A stretch of DNA of 63,790 bases, filler included, from Reticulomyxa filosa (taxonomy: Eukaryota; Protista; Foraminifera): NCBI GenBank assembly GCA_000512085.1. It is 15 parts of 15 records of this genome, joined end to end, with 100 filler letters (N's around TTAATTAATTAA, not from the genome) between each part and the next. Parts side by side here need not be neighbours in the genome. Positions count along the whole stretch, not along the records: positions 50,332 to 53,466 come from ASPP01006481.1; positions 53,567 to 55,373 come from ASPP01013425.1; positions 55,474 to 60,126 come from ASPP01009357.1; positions 60,227 to 62,045 come from ASPP01021602.1; positions 62,146 to 63,790 come from ASPP01013351.1; 10 more parts are not named here. One strand, given 5' to 3'. Positions 50,371 through 63,056 of this stretch are shown one piece after another; position 1 is the first letter of the stretch; each line of letters begins with the position of its first letter. Position numbers and translations under genes: made by a program. The notes beneath the pieces are model-generated. The model ran no database searches. It was given only the letters and a program-made list of their open reading frames with translations, and was not told the origin of the DNA.

Positions 50371-50819
50371 ACAGAGCTTATCCTGCTCATGAACAAGAAA
50401 GACTTATTTATTGATGCATTGAGGACCACTCCTTTAGGCGTGTGCTTTACTAAGGCGGCAGGATGGTATGCGTCTAGATTGTACGTAGGCCTATGACGAT
50501 CAGCCACAACAATAAGACGTGCGATGTGTTTGTATTTGTATTTGGTTGTGATAGGGACGAACCTGATCAATGGAGTGGCCCAGACTATGTGCCTGTTTCT
50601 GATGATTCAGTAAAAGATCAAGAAACCTTTACACAGTGCTATGAAGCAGCCATCCAGTTTGTTCAAAATGTCTTTGTCAATCGAAACGAAGTCGATTCTC
50701 GTGTTGTGTTTTGTCACGTTATCACCGCCACGGACCAAAAAAACGTCGAAAATGTGTTTTGGGACGTTCAAAACATTGTCATTCGTTCCAATTTAAGACG
50801 GGGAGGCCTCATCATTTAA
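50371..50819 (+). CDS. Heterotrimeric G-protein alpha subunit, C-terminal part (5' truncated)
   Basis: G4 motif ILLMNKKDLF, intron 50466-50554, G5 region FCHVITATDQKNVENVF and C-terminal helix NLRRGGLII. Confidence 0.9.
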
Positions 50820-51603
50820 ATGGTCCGAGAACAGATTATACACAAAGAAAATAATTAACAAGATTTTTTGCAAATGCGTTTTGTTCTTTTTCGTAAATTT
50901 TGTTTTTCGTTGTGTCTCGTGTCAATTTATTTCCAATCTCATGTTGTAATAGCTTCACCTCACTTGTGGATTTTTTTTGTGGAACGATGTTTATTTTGCG
51001 TTGACAGCAACGTGGACACGTTGTAATCATCTTGAAACTCACGAATTAACCCAATTTCAAATATATGTTTTCTTAGTTTGGTTCAAACTTTGAGAGTCCA
51101 CTTTGTTTTTCGACCCTTCTCTAAAAAAAAACTATCGTTGAAGCGTGTAACTTTTTTTTTCTGCCTGCGGACTAGTTTACGTGCCAGGGTATGTTTGCAT
51201 GAAAATTATCTTGGTGTATTATCATTCGTCAACGAATCCATAGAAATTTAGTGTTGAAATATCCTATACTAAATGACAAAAAATGGTTTGGTAAGGCTGC
51301 TAATTCTTATCGGTCCCATGAAAAGAATTTTTGTTTGGAAGTTACAAGTTTTGTGGCAAATGTTAAACAAGAGAAATCAAACATCCAGTAGCACTCTTCA
51401 CAAAAAAATACAAGCAATAAAATGCGTTTAGTCATTAGAAACAAACATTCAAGAAATACAACTTTGTAGGAAAAATAATATAGTCAAAAAAAAAATAAAT
51501 TATGTGACCGACAAGGACAAATGGACGGCAATAAGATAAACGCAAACACAATGTTTGATTTATTTTTGTTTATTCCTTCGTTTCTCCTTTCTACATATGT
51601 AAG

Positions 51604-52300
51604 TTAGCGTGGTGCCCAGTTTCCACAGTTTACACAATTATCAGCTTTATTCCCAAAGCCATGATCCGTGCATAAATAACCTTGCTTTTTTGTCGAACCA
51701 CACCAATTGCCACATTTGGAACAATTGTCCACTTTATTTCCAAAGGCACAACTAGAACAGCGTATGGCAAGAGTTTTAGAACTTCCGATCCACTTGTCAC
51801 AAATTACGCAATTCGAGACTGTCCAATCAAAAAAAAAAAAAAAAAATTGGATATTCTTCACCAGGTCTTTGTAAATGTGGAATAAAACTTTTTTTTACGA
51901 ATACTTAACTTTTGTTTCCGAAAGAGCAGCTATTACAAAGATACGCTGGTTTTCTGCCCGAAGGACTGGAATAATGCGCATTGGACTGATACGAAACAGT
52001 TTCCGTTTTGGGAGGGACATACACATAAGGTTGGGAGATTACTTGTGTCGTAGGAAGCACAGATGGTACTGCCGCGCCTGGTTCCATATTTTCTGTTACA
52101 ACTATGTCCGTGGTAGTTACTGTAGTTGTGGTCGTTGCAGTCGTACCAATTGTACCAGTTGTCACTACAGCGACGGGCGTGTTCAAAACACGTTGTCGTT
52201 CAAGTTCCTGCTGCCGTCGATATCTCCGGACAAGGGATATGATCACTGAAATAAATATAAAAATAAGTATCCAAATCCAATAGACTGTTGACGCTGCCAT
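51604..52300 (-). CDS. Single-pass membrane protein with three PHF5/Rds3-like CxxC-CxxC zinc-finger repeats, two exons
   Basis: N-terminal TM (VYWIWILIFIFISVIISLV) followed by RRYRR and a Thr/Pro/Val linker. Intron 51819-51909 (phase 1). Repeats are YLCNSCSFGNKISNCVICDKW, IRCSSCAFGNKVDNCSKCGNW and YLCTDHGFGNKADNCVNCGNW. Confidence 0.75.
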
Positions 52301-52608
52301 TCGTATTATTTCAAACCACTTACCGAAACGAGAAAGGGAACTCTAGGCAAAAAAAACACAACACTTATAAACCACTTTCTGCACGACGTTCATTTTGAAC
52401 TGGTCTTGAAAATATATTGGGGGTTGGAACAATTTCGATTTTACTTTTTTATCGGTATGTAAATAAATAAAATTTGAGCAGAAATTTATTCTAACAGCGT
52501 CAAGCCCACAAATTTATTTAGAACATGTAGTTTAGTGTTTTTGCTTGAAAGATACAGCCGCTTGAGGGAAGAGAAAAAAAAAAATCCCCTTGTTTGAGAA
52601 GTTGAAAA

Positions 52609-53430
52609 ATGTTGTCCTTGGCTGACGGATATATAAGGTATAAATACGTAATTTTTTTGCTGTATATTGACTTTTGGAAGTGGTCAATTCAGTGTACACT
52701 GATCAAAACAAATCCAAAAGCAAAAAAAAAAAAAAAAAGGAAAAAAGGTGTATAATCAAATGAAGGAAATAAAAACAAATAAACAAACAAACTGCGCAGA
52801 ACTCCACTCAACAATTTTTTCCGCAACTCCCGACTCTGTGAATTCACCGATGCATACGCACCTGTGAATTGGCTGAGCCGTCGAACATTAATCCAAGGAG
52901 CAGTAGCAATCGGGGTAACGGTGGCATCAGTGTCAGTAATGTGGAGAAGTTGGGCGAAATCGCGTTACTCGAGACCTCGACTATGGCGCACGTTATTTGA
53001 CGGCACGAAAAATCATTATGACCATCTAGCAGCAGCGCTATATACATTTGGTTGCATCCTCCCGAGCCTGTTTCTTCACATGGCACTACGAAGCACTTTG
53101 GAAGTGGCGCAATACTATCACTTGTACAAGCACCACGCAGAGGCCAGTGGTTTGGCGGGACAAAGCAAAGTCGAATTTCGACAGAACATGTCGCGCGTGC
53201 TCGCACGCGGGCTTGGGATTTGCTCACTGTCGGTGTTGGGACTGCTGGTGTCCTCGACCATTGGCAAAAGGTCATGCAATCGCCGACGTTTTGCTTGAAC
53301 CGCTATTGCGCAAAAGAAGGCTTGGCAAGCATGGCACGCGAAGACAGGGTATGGAAGGCCGAAGCGCTGCCCATTTTGTGTCGATCCGAGTTTTTGGGAC
53401 AAAGGGAATTGGGTCTGGTAGTGTTATCGT
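52609..53430 (+). CDS. Multi-exon hypothetical membrane protein (3' truncated)
   Basis: Short first exon MLSLADGYIR (AG|GTATAA donor) splices to TPLNNFFRN..., then three hydrophobic segments in ORF 52864-53298. Confidence 0.5.
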
Positions 53431-53651
53431 TAAGTGAGTATTTTCGACATGCAAAAAGGGAGGGGANNNNNNNNNNNNNNNNNNNNNNNNNNNNNNNNNN
53501 NNNNNNNNNNTTAATTAATTAANNNNNNNNNNNNNNNNNNNNNNNNNNNNNNNNNNNNNNNNNNNNTTTTTTTTTTTTGGTTTTTCAAAAAAAAAAAAAA
53601 AAAAAAAAAAGTGTGATGAAAGTTCAAGGACACATTGGGTTGGAAATGTAG

Positions 53652-54173
53652 TTACAACAACAACAACAGCGACAAAAACTCTGACTTGGTGGCACTATCG
53701 CCCAACAGCAAGGCAGTGTCTTGAATGAGGGATTGTGTCAAAAGACTGGAGCTCGAACCAGTTGAATGAGGGAATATTTCAGGACGTGGACTGCTTATGG
53801 AATTTACGGAAGGAGGCTGATACGAATTTTTTTTACGACGGGTATTTACAATAAATGTGCCCAAGTACGCCGAGGTCATCTTACCGCTCAAATAACCAAA
53901 ACCAAAGGTAAAGCTTGGAATCCATATTTGCCACACTCCCTCGTGCAAAAATGTGTTCCCAATAAAATACCCTGTGTACGCGAGCAGTTGCAATATAATA
54001 CAAAATAATGTTATGTAGCGCATTTTCCACAGCTGTCTCACGTTTGACGTTGCAAAGCGTTGTCGATGCAGTGTTACCGAACATACCGCTAATAAGCCAA
54101 ACATGATCATATAGAGCAAGAACCAAAACTCCAAATAGCCATTTTCTGCATTTTCAGCACTCAACAGTGCCAT
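53652..54173 (-). CDS. N-terminal exon of a multi-pass (GPCR-like) membrane protein (3' truncated)
   Basis: Three consecutive TM-like segments after a short N-terminus, then a Ser-rich loop. Confidence 0.5.
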   Translation of the reverse strand: MALLSAENAENGYLEFWFLLYMIMFGLLAVCSVTLHRQRFATSNVRQLWKMRYITLFCIILQLLAYTGYFIGNTFLHEGVWQIWIPSFTFGFGYLSGKMTSAYLGTFIVNTRRKKNSYQPPSVNSISSPRPEIFPHSTGSSSSLLTQSLIQDTALLLGDSATKSEFLSLLLLL

Positions 54174-54349
54174 GCGAACAACTTGTTTTTTTTAAAAAGG
54201 GGAGTAACACTTCCTTAGTTTATGCTATTGACAACATTACGATGTAAAAATAGACAGCTGTAGCAAGTGCGTGCTTGTTCATTTTTGTTTTTTGTTGGTG
54301 GAAATAGTAAATGTAAGGAAAAGTGGTACTGCTGATGTTTAAAAGTTCA

Positions 54350-55327
54350 ATGAAAGCCACACATTCATCACAACCCTACCATCCAATAGCTAAGATAACT
54401 CTTCCAGTGGATGAATTTGGCGCAGCATTATTTTATCTTGAGGAGAAATGGCTTCTGCAAACTGCGTTTGTGACAGTAAAAGTGACACTGCCGTACCTGC
54501 TTGAGTTGGACGAGAGTTGTCCAAATGGAAGCGTAATTGTGAATCCCGCACGCGAACTGACGTACTTGACCACGCAACAGCGACAAATTTTGTATCGGGA
54601 ATACCCGAGTCTCTGGGATTTCTTGCACTCACGCGTCCAATTGACATGTTATAAGGCACGATATCGGATTACGTGGATCGGGTCAGAAGAGAAGGAAGAG
54701 GACATAACAACAGATATAAGTTTGTCTTCCACACATCAATCATGTCCAACTCAAAGTTCAAGTTCAAGTTCAAGTTCAAGACAAGGAAAAAAACAACAGA
54801 AACCATCAAAAAAAGAAGCAAAAGCAAAAGCAAAAGCAAAAGCAAAGAGTGATAAAGACACTGGTAAATGTCTTGTGATTGTTGACAATGGGTTGATTGA
54901 CAATGAATACGAAATCAAGTTTCGAGTGCTGTTTGAACCAATCAAAAAAGAAAAGAAAAAAGAAAAAAATGAAAAAGGTCTGTTGGTAATGAGCATAGAA
55001 GATCGTGTCCATATATGTGTCCCAATGGACGACAAGCAAAATGCAAAAGTCTTGTTGTCTCAACAACTCTCCTTGTATTTGTCCGCGATAACGCAAAGTG
55101 ATTTTGACACGTACTCTTTGATCGCAATGGCGGTACTGGACTTCCTTCGCGAGAAACTGGTTCATTTCGACAAGGCGAGTCTGAACAATGAGAGCACATC
55201 CACCGCTGCTCCTTCAACATGTCCAATCCAGTCCTTGGATCAGGCCATCGTCTTTGGTTGCGTCATCACACTCAATGCTCACTTTGCACCACATTCGTAC
55301 AAGCCTAACCTTGATCCAGTTCTTTGA
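54350..55327 (+). CDS. Hypothetical protein with poly-Ser and (AK)n insertions
   Basis: Open frame of over 300 codons with coding-like composition. No recognised domain; it may continue beyond the contig end. Confidence 0.55.
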   Translation: MKATHSSQPYHPIAKITLPVDEFGAALFYLEEKWLLQTAFVTVKVTLPYLLELDESCPNGSVIVNPARELTYLTTQQRQILYREYPSLWDFLHSRVQLTCYKARYRITWIGSEEKEEDITTDISLSSTHQSCPTQSSSSSSSSRQGKKQQKPSKKEAKAKAKAKAKSDKDTGKCLVIVDNGLIDNEYEIKFRVLFEPIKKEKKKEKNEKGLLVMSIEDRVHICVPMDDKQNAKVLLSQQLSLYLSAITQSDFDTYSLIAMAVLDFLREKLVHFDKASLNNESTSTAAPSTCPIQSLDQAIVFGCVITLNAHFAPHSYKPNLDPVL

Positions 55328-55329
55328 TC

Positions 55330-55362
<33 letters not shown>

Positions 55363-58300
55363 TGTATATATATNNNNNNNNNNNNNNNNNNNNNNNNNNN
55401 NNNNNNNNNNNNNNNNNTTAATTAATTAANNNNNNNNNNNNNNNNNNNNNNNNNNNNNNNNNNNNNNNNNNNNAAGAAAGCACCAGCGCTCCGCGTGTGT
55501 ATGAGCCATTTTCAGAATGATACAAAGGAAGAGGGGGGGGGGGGGAGGGGACCACTCATTGGCTATTGCGTAACTGAATCAATCCGGTATATATGTCTCA
55601 TCTATGCTTTAATGTGCATAGTTTGGACATCAAACAATAACTTGCAATATCGAACAATTATTAGATCATTCCTTAAAAATACGCGTTTTTTGTAATTTTC
55701 TTAAAAATTCTCGATTTTCAATTTTCTTTTTTTCTGGTTCTCCAAACAATGTGTTCCTAAAAATACGGCCATCTTTCTTATGATTTTTGATTGAATTAAA
55801 AAAAACAAGCTTTTGCAATTATTTCTCAACACAAGTTGTGTTTTATACCATATGTTGTAAATTTTATTTTAAACAATTTCATAAAAAATTACTTTTGGTG
55901 AGAAACCTCGACTATGCTCATCATAATATACGATACATTATAAAAAAACTGACACATAAAACACTACCTTATGAAGATGATCGTTTTTATAAAAAATAAA
56001 CATTTAAACACAATTTTTAAAAATAGTATCACAATTTTTTTGCTGTTGTGTTTTAATGCTGTGCGTCAGAAACTTTTTTTATTGCTTTTTGAAGATTAAT
56101 TTTGTCCTTTGAATACTTTAGTAACTTAGACCCACTTGACGTGTTAGAATTTTTTAAGGGCGTCCAAACACAAACATTTATTTTAAAACAAAAATAAGTA
56201 CTAAACAAAGCTTTAAAGATCATTAAAATTATATTGTAAATATTTTTAAATTGATGTTTATTAATTATTTGATTTTTATCAATTTTAAAAAACTCCTTAA
56301 TTGACACATTATTTTCAAATTGATAACTTTATTAAAAAAGAAATATTGGTGAGCGCTTTATTCACCGAAAAATCAATTTCTGCAAAATGTGGATTGTATA
56401 AAAAGTTGTCAAAAAAAAAACAAATACAGCATGTTCGGTTTTTTACTAACTATTTTAAATAAAAACAATAATTTTTTGTTTAAAATTAAATGAAACAAAG
56501 TGCACAGACAAGAATAACATCAGTTTTAAATGTTTTCACTGATTTTTCTGCGATGTGCTTTTGGAATTTCTTCACATTATTTCTTTTCATTTTCTGATCA
56601 TTTGTTTTTTTGATTTCCTCTACATGAAAGCATGAAATAATTTGGATGTGATTATCCTTGTATTGAGAATGAATTAAAAATTTCAATGCAACAAAGTACT
56701 CAAAACAAAAATTACAAATTTTTTTGTTACAAAAGGATTGATTTGTAGTGAATTCAATTGTAATATTCAGTTTTTATTGCAGGTAAATTTATTATGGTTT
56801 TAATAACATAATTTTCAACAATACACAATTGCTCTATCTTGCAATATCAAAACAAGATTAATACAAATTCTCAATTTTTGACAAACATTTATGATATTAT
56901 TGTCATATAATTTAAGAAGACTTTAACAACGCATAATTATCTAAACTTAAAGTAAATATGATTAAACTGTACTTATATATTTAAATCTTGCAAGCGAAAG
57001 TAATCATAAAATTTTTTTTAAGTTATAAAAATTTTCATTTTATTTTTGTAAAATTATATTATAAAAAGATATCATTAAAAAACGATTTAATTAAAAATTA
57101 TATAAAATAATTTGTTTACACTTAATATTTTGATGTTCATATTCGATTAACTTTAATTACGAAATATTTATTTACAATTTCTGGTATTATCTTTTTGTTA
57201 ACATTTTTTAGTATGATAATACGTTTAATATCAATTAATAGTTAATTAAAAAATATCTTTATATTCATAATTTATATATTTTGTTGTTATTTTTTTAATG
57301 AAGCAATACTGTAAGTGATAATAACAATCATATCAGTACAACTATGATAACTAGAATGACTAGTATAACCAGTATATTCACAATAATCTATTTATAGTAT
57401 TTTCATCAACTATAAATAGCAGCTAGTGACAACATAAGTCAAATTATTTTTTTGCAAAAAGTTAAAAGTGATTATTTTCAAATACATTTAACTAGACTTG
57501 TTTGACATTTGCTCCAATTTTATTGTGTGAACAAAATATTTGATTGAGTCTGTTACATTACAAGCTGTCTTAAAATAACATTAACTTTTTTGAAAAAAAT
57601 TTTAAAGATTGACTATGTGAATTCATTCGTTTAAAACTTTGATGATGATCTTGTCATAATAACAATGATGAAAATATTGTTCAAGCGTTAAAAAAAAGAT
57701 CTATATTTTAACTCTTAATTTCAATTTAAAGCAAAGGATCAACTGTTGTTGCATTACAATATGTTGAAATGATGTATTATCCACAAAATATAATGAGAGA
57801 TAAGCTTAGTTTAGTAGTTTTCCAATTGTGAAAACTCTAAGGCACAAGGTCCTTTAGAATTTTGAAATTCACAGCAGGGACTTACCCAAGGTAATGCTGC
57901 ATAATGTTATAAATACAATTTTTTTTACATAAAATACATAGTCAAATTTCGTTTCTTTGTTGTGAAATTTGTGTGATTTAGCAATTGCCATTTCTCATTT
58001 TATTGGCACTATGCCCTTTTAATTAGATGTCTTCAACTTGTGAGTCATTGTTTCTAAAGAAAGATAGCACTGAAGTCAAAATATACATACATCTTGGCCC
58101 ACTTTTTTGGTTTATTTGCTTAAATAAAAACAGTAGCGTTTTTTTAAGAAAGAAGGAAAATACAGTGACGTTTAACAATACAAAATTTGGAATGCACAAG
58201 AATAGGCAAACTAAAAATGTATATTTTTTCAGTTGAGTTGATCTATATCGTTGACTGTCAATACTTGTTAGAATATGATCTCTATGTCATTAAAATGACA

Positions 58301-58903
58301 ATAAATCAAAACAAAATTTTTCATTTCCCTTTTGTTTCATTGCTATCTTAAGTTAATTATTGTTCGATTTTCTTATTTGAAATTTCAGCTTCTTATAATA
58401 GTTTTATTGGCTGAAAATATTGTCTCTTGATTTTCGTCTGTGCTTTTCATTTATTTATCTACATCAGCACGATATAAAAAAATACGGATTGTGTACCCCA
58501 TCTCTAAGAAATGGTCTACTATTTGATTTAAAAACTTATATAAAATTTGTTTTTCACAATAAACTGCGAAATAACAATTTGAGGAGTAAATAAAACAGTA
58601 AAATATATGTTAACGTGAAATCCAAAAGCATGAGCGCAAGTTTCTAGACAAAAGGTTTTTATGTTTTTTTGGTTGCTGTAACGTCCATTCCATCTTCTCC
58701 ATTTTTTGATTTCTTCAAAATCAAACGACAAAAGGCTAATAATAACAAATAGTCGTGCTCTTTGATTGACGTCTCAAGAGCAACCTATATATATTTTCAA
58801 CCGAAGTTCAAGCTTTGAACCAAGAAAAAAAAAATGTTTGGTGAAGCCAAATTTTATTATAAAAAGTCTGAACATCAGTCAACTGAAGAGGAGGTTGCAG
58901 CAG

Positions 58904-60001
58904 ATGCTGACGGGTGGACAACCCGAAAGTCGAAAAACGCCCGAAAAAAAAGAAGACCAACAGCCGAAAGTTAAATGCATTGAGGATGAATCACAACAAA
59001 AAGAAAAAAAAAAGAAAGAATTAAAAGTAGTGATGTAGAAGTGGAGTCAAAAAACATTCAAGAATGTACATAACATTGTTCTCATGTTCATAAAACCAAT
59101 AACAACAATAACAACAACAAAAAAAAAAAGATGAAACTCGTAGTGACAAGAAAAAGCCAGAAAAAGCCGGATCAGCGCAAGAAAACGGAGAAGAACACAA
59201 AGAAGTTATAAAAAAGGATAAAAAAAAGCGCGCAAAAACAGAAAAAAAGAAAAAAGCGAATGTGAGTTCTGATAACGCCAATGTTGCGAATGATTCTTTG
59301 GTTGACACATTAAATCGCACGTTCGCTTCCGTCAACCCACAATTGATTGAAGAGCTTATTGTTGAAATGGGACTTACCACCTTTGACCCAGAAAATGCAT
59401 CACTTCGAACGCGTATACTCAATTCTCTTATCGAAAAACAACAAAGTAATTTATTTTTATTTGTTGTGTTGTGTTTGTTGTTTTTTTGTTGTTGTCTCTT
59501 TCTCTTTCTCTTGTGTTCCATCTTTGTCACGTATCACGTATGTCCATGGTAGAGTGTGACGAAGAACAATGTGTCTCTCCCTTTGTGTGGCTTGCTTACA
59601 ACAGGATTAGTCATAGCCCCTGCGGAAAGCGAAAGCGACCATGAAGGTTAATCTTTTTTAAACCCCCCCCCCCCCCTCTCAAAAAAAAAAAGTGGGTTGT
59701 GAGAGATGGATAGAAGAATGGCAATGTGCAAATTCTTTACACATCGCACGTATACAATAGCTGATTAAAAAAAAAAAAATTCAAAAGGGGAAGAGGAGGA
59801 TAAGAAGGGACATTGGTTACAAGAGTGACCTCTACTCTTTGCCTCCTCCTTTGGATTCAACAAAAAAATTTTTTTTTTTTTTTTTTTTATCTTTTGCGGG
59901 AGGACAGAATCAGATGAAAAAGCGCACATTGAACCCGAGCAAGTTACACATGGTGGTCCGACGGAAGAAGAAAAACTCCAAACTGAGGAGGAAGTCCAAG
60001 C
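58904..60001 (+). CDS. Multi-exon hypothetical Lys/Glu-rich protein (3' truncated)
   Basis: Short charged exons (MLTGGQPESRKTPEKKEDQ; DSLVDTLNRTFASVNPQLIEELIVEMG) separated by homopolymer-rich introns. Confidence 0.4.
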
Positions 60002-60226
60002 TGGTTTGTTTATTTGTTTTGTCAAAATTTTTAATGTAAAGAGAGAAGAAGAGGTAAGGAGAGAAAAAAAAAAAACAACAAAAAACGAAAATACGCAAAA
60101 TTGCAAAATTAAAAATGGGGACAAAANNNNNNNNNNNNNNNNNNNNNNNNNNNNNNNNNNNNNNNNNNNNTTAATTAATTAANNNNNNNNNNNNNNNNNN
60201 NNNNNNNNNNNNNNNNNNNNNNNNNN

Positions 60227-60273
60227 CTATAAGGTGGCATTTTAGGTGTCAAATTTCTTTTTTATCTTACCAG
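60227..60273 (-). repeat. Second copy of the element end at 39-85
   Basis: CTATAAGGTGGCATTTTAGGTGTCAA.TTTCTTTT.ATCTTAC is shared with 39-83. Confidence 0.75.
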
Positions 60274-61200
60274 TTATGATGTTTTATTTGAATGTGGTCA
60301 GTTGAAGTCCTTTTTGGATCGACTCTTATTGCATTGTAGCACTATTCAAGACTATTATTTATTGATTCTTTTATCTCCAATCGTATATGTTTTTAGCAGA
60401 ATATATCGATTTATTTCTGGGTTATATATAGTGTTTTTTCTTCAACTACGTACAATTTATTGTATAGTGCGAACTTAATGACAATTAATAACTCTTTTTG
60501 CCTCTTGAAGTTTTGAAGTTTTGAAATTTTAATAGATTTTATAAACAAGAATTGACAATGAAAAAACTCTTTCAAATTCATTGATCAAATATGTTTTTTT
60601 TGCAAAAAAACAATATATTCCAAAAATTTCAAAAGCGCAGAGTGAACGCCATATACAATGGTAATCACTGATATGGAAAACTAGCAGAAAAATTGTCTCA
60701 TTGTTTTCCTATTTTGTTGCAATATATTTCTTTTTTTTTCATTTGATCTTTTTTCATCAATTGATTTTAATTGTTTTGGTTGAGCAATGTACCATTGTGC
60801 ATATTTGTTGGTGTGGAATTATTATTTTATGTTGTGTTTTCGATTTTGTTTTTCCAGTAAAACAAGGGTTGTGTTTGTGAAGAGATTTAGCCACTGGAGT
60901 TCCATAGTTCCCTTAAACTTTACCATTTATAATAAAGATTTCCCTACAATATGTTCATTTTTGATTGTTTATTTAGATCAACAAAAAAGTACAACAAAAC
61001 AACCTTTGCTTTGTCAAACCCAGTAAGAAGTACTATTAATCTTATTAAAATAACTTCTTTTTAAGTTACAATTTTTGCAAAAAAATCAAAATTCTCGCAT
61101 CATAACACAAAATTTCCTAATTTGATAGCACTAAACCAAGACAACGCAATTAACAGTTTTAAGTAAAACTTTTTAATGAACTTTCTCATTCATTATTGAA

Positions 61201-61910
61201 ATGGCAGAAAGGAAAGACGAAAAAGATGAAGAAGAAAAACAGATTTTTTCGTTTTTGAAGGACCAAGTCAAAATAGACGGTGAAGAAGCCTCAAAGCTCG
61301 CATCTTACTTGCGTCGAGAGGAAAAACTAATAGAAAGCAAAGATACTATAGAATTGGAGCCACAGCAATGGAAAAAAATATTTATACACGTAGAATTGGC
61401 TCCAGTTCCAAAGAGAAAGCTATTGAAAAAAGTGAACGAAATGCGTAAAAGTGAAAACCAGGAACCATTGGATATTAACGAAATAATAAACAGCAGATCA
61501 TCCATACGGCAAGTGTATATGCTAATATATTTTTGTTCATAACAGTGAGAAAAGAGAAATTGCTGTGTTAATCAATACAGACGAAATTATGCACAAATTC
61601 TGCTCATCAATGGCAATATGGCGACAATTATTTTGGAGGTGTGTTTTAAAAACGAATATCCCTAACCTTAATATATCAATCAATAGCAAGTACAATTAAA
61701 ACGACAACAAAAAAAGAAGGACAAATTGGCGACATTCAACTTAAATGACGACAAGTGGAAAAATGTTGATTTAAAGAGTGGAGATGAAATACTTTGTGAG
61801 TACTCATTTGAGTCAAACTCAAGTGAGTTGAGAGTCGACAAGATTGAATTCCCTGTGCTTTATCAAGGTGAAGTGAAGGAAGATGGTGACTCTCAATTTG
61901 TACCTGTTCA
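61201..61910 (+). CDS. Multi-exon hypothetical protein (3' truncated)
   Basis: Helical first exon 61201-61513, a short middle exon and exon 61720-61910, separated by GT-AG intron-like gaps. Confidence 0.5.
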
Positions 61911-62145
61911 AGTGCATTGCATAAAATCGGTACTATTACACACAACATCCATATATCATCATTATAACACATTTTTATAATATTCAATATTGTGAGTGAT
62001 GTTGTTTGTGAAAGCAACAAGAAACAAAAGTGAAACTCGTGAATGNNNNNNNNNNNNNNNNNNNNNNNNNNNNNNNNNNNNNNNNNNNNTTAATTAATTA
62101 ANNNNNNNNNNNNNNNNNNNNNNNNNNNNNNNNNNNNNNNNNNNN

Positions 62146-62184
<39 letters not shown>

Positions 62185-62191
62185 GCATATA

Positions 62192-62916
62192 GCCAAATGA
62201 AGTAAAAACCTTTGAAGAAACGGCCAAGCTGCAACAACAACTGCTGACAATAACAGAACAACTGGAGAAAACGCAAGGCAAACTGCAACTGTTGGGCCAA
62301 GTGAAGGCCAGTCTGTTTCAATTGGAAAACGACTACAATCTGAAAGTGGGGAAACTGCAACGCGTCGAAGAGGGGATTTTGAAGCGCTTACAACGCACCA
62401 AAACGCTCAAAACTCGCGCCGAACGGGTGCGCTATGCCGAAGGCTCTCATCGCTTTTGGGCCTTTGCCAAACTTGACTACACTTTGAATATCACCGATCT
62501 CAATTCGCAGTACTTGAAAAATAAGCTTCAAAAAATGTTTGTTTTTTTTAAAAAAAAAAAAAAAATAACAACATATACATATATATATATATGTATATGT
62601 ATATGTTGTATTTGGAAAAACAAAAAACAGAGAAAACTCTGACGAGGCAAAAGAACTGGGAACGGAGCTGGCCCAGAACGAGTCGTTTTCAAACAGTTTG
62701 AAGACCTTTTTCGAAGCGTTGAAACGCATGTCGGACGTGCAGCAACTGATTGTGAAAGAATACGAAGCCTCGATTGAAAATATGGAGTCAGATTTGCTGC
62801 GCGTGCGACATGAAATGTCCAAAGTGCGACAAAGCACGTTCTCCAGTATCTACGAGTTGCACAAGTATATCGAACTTGCAGACTCTTTGGATTTGGGTCA
62901 GCGCAGAGTCTCAGTG
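62192..62916 (+). CDS. Internal exons of a coiled-coil protein
   Basis: Heptad-rich frames 62192-62535 and 62631-62916 bounded by (TA)n introns. Confidence 0.55.
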
Positions 62917-62959
62917 GTTTGTAATATAATATGTTATATATATATACATATATATATAC

Positions 62960-63021
<62 letters not shown>

Positions 63022-63056
63022 GACAAACAAGCCTTTTCAATTGTTGCAAAAATACC

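Noticed and set aside
46795-54173. G-protein signalling cluster (7TM, G-alpha, 7TM)
   Set aside because: The three genes are on three different contigs.
55474-58760. Long very AT-rich stretch as organellar DNA or an RNA gene region
   Set aside because: No tRNA, rRNA or organellar protein motifs recognised; it is contiguous with a nuclear-type intron-containing gene.
20419-62145. Regularly recurring TTAATTAATTAA palindrome as a biological repeat or CRISPR-like array
   Set aside because: It is always centred in exactly 44+44 N and is a six-frame-stop assembly linker.
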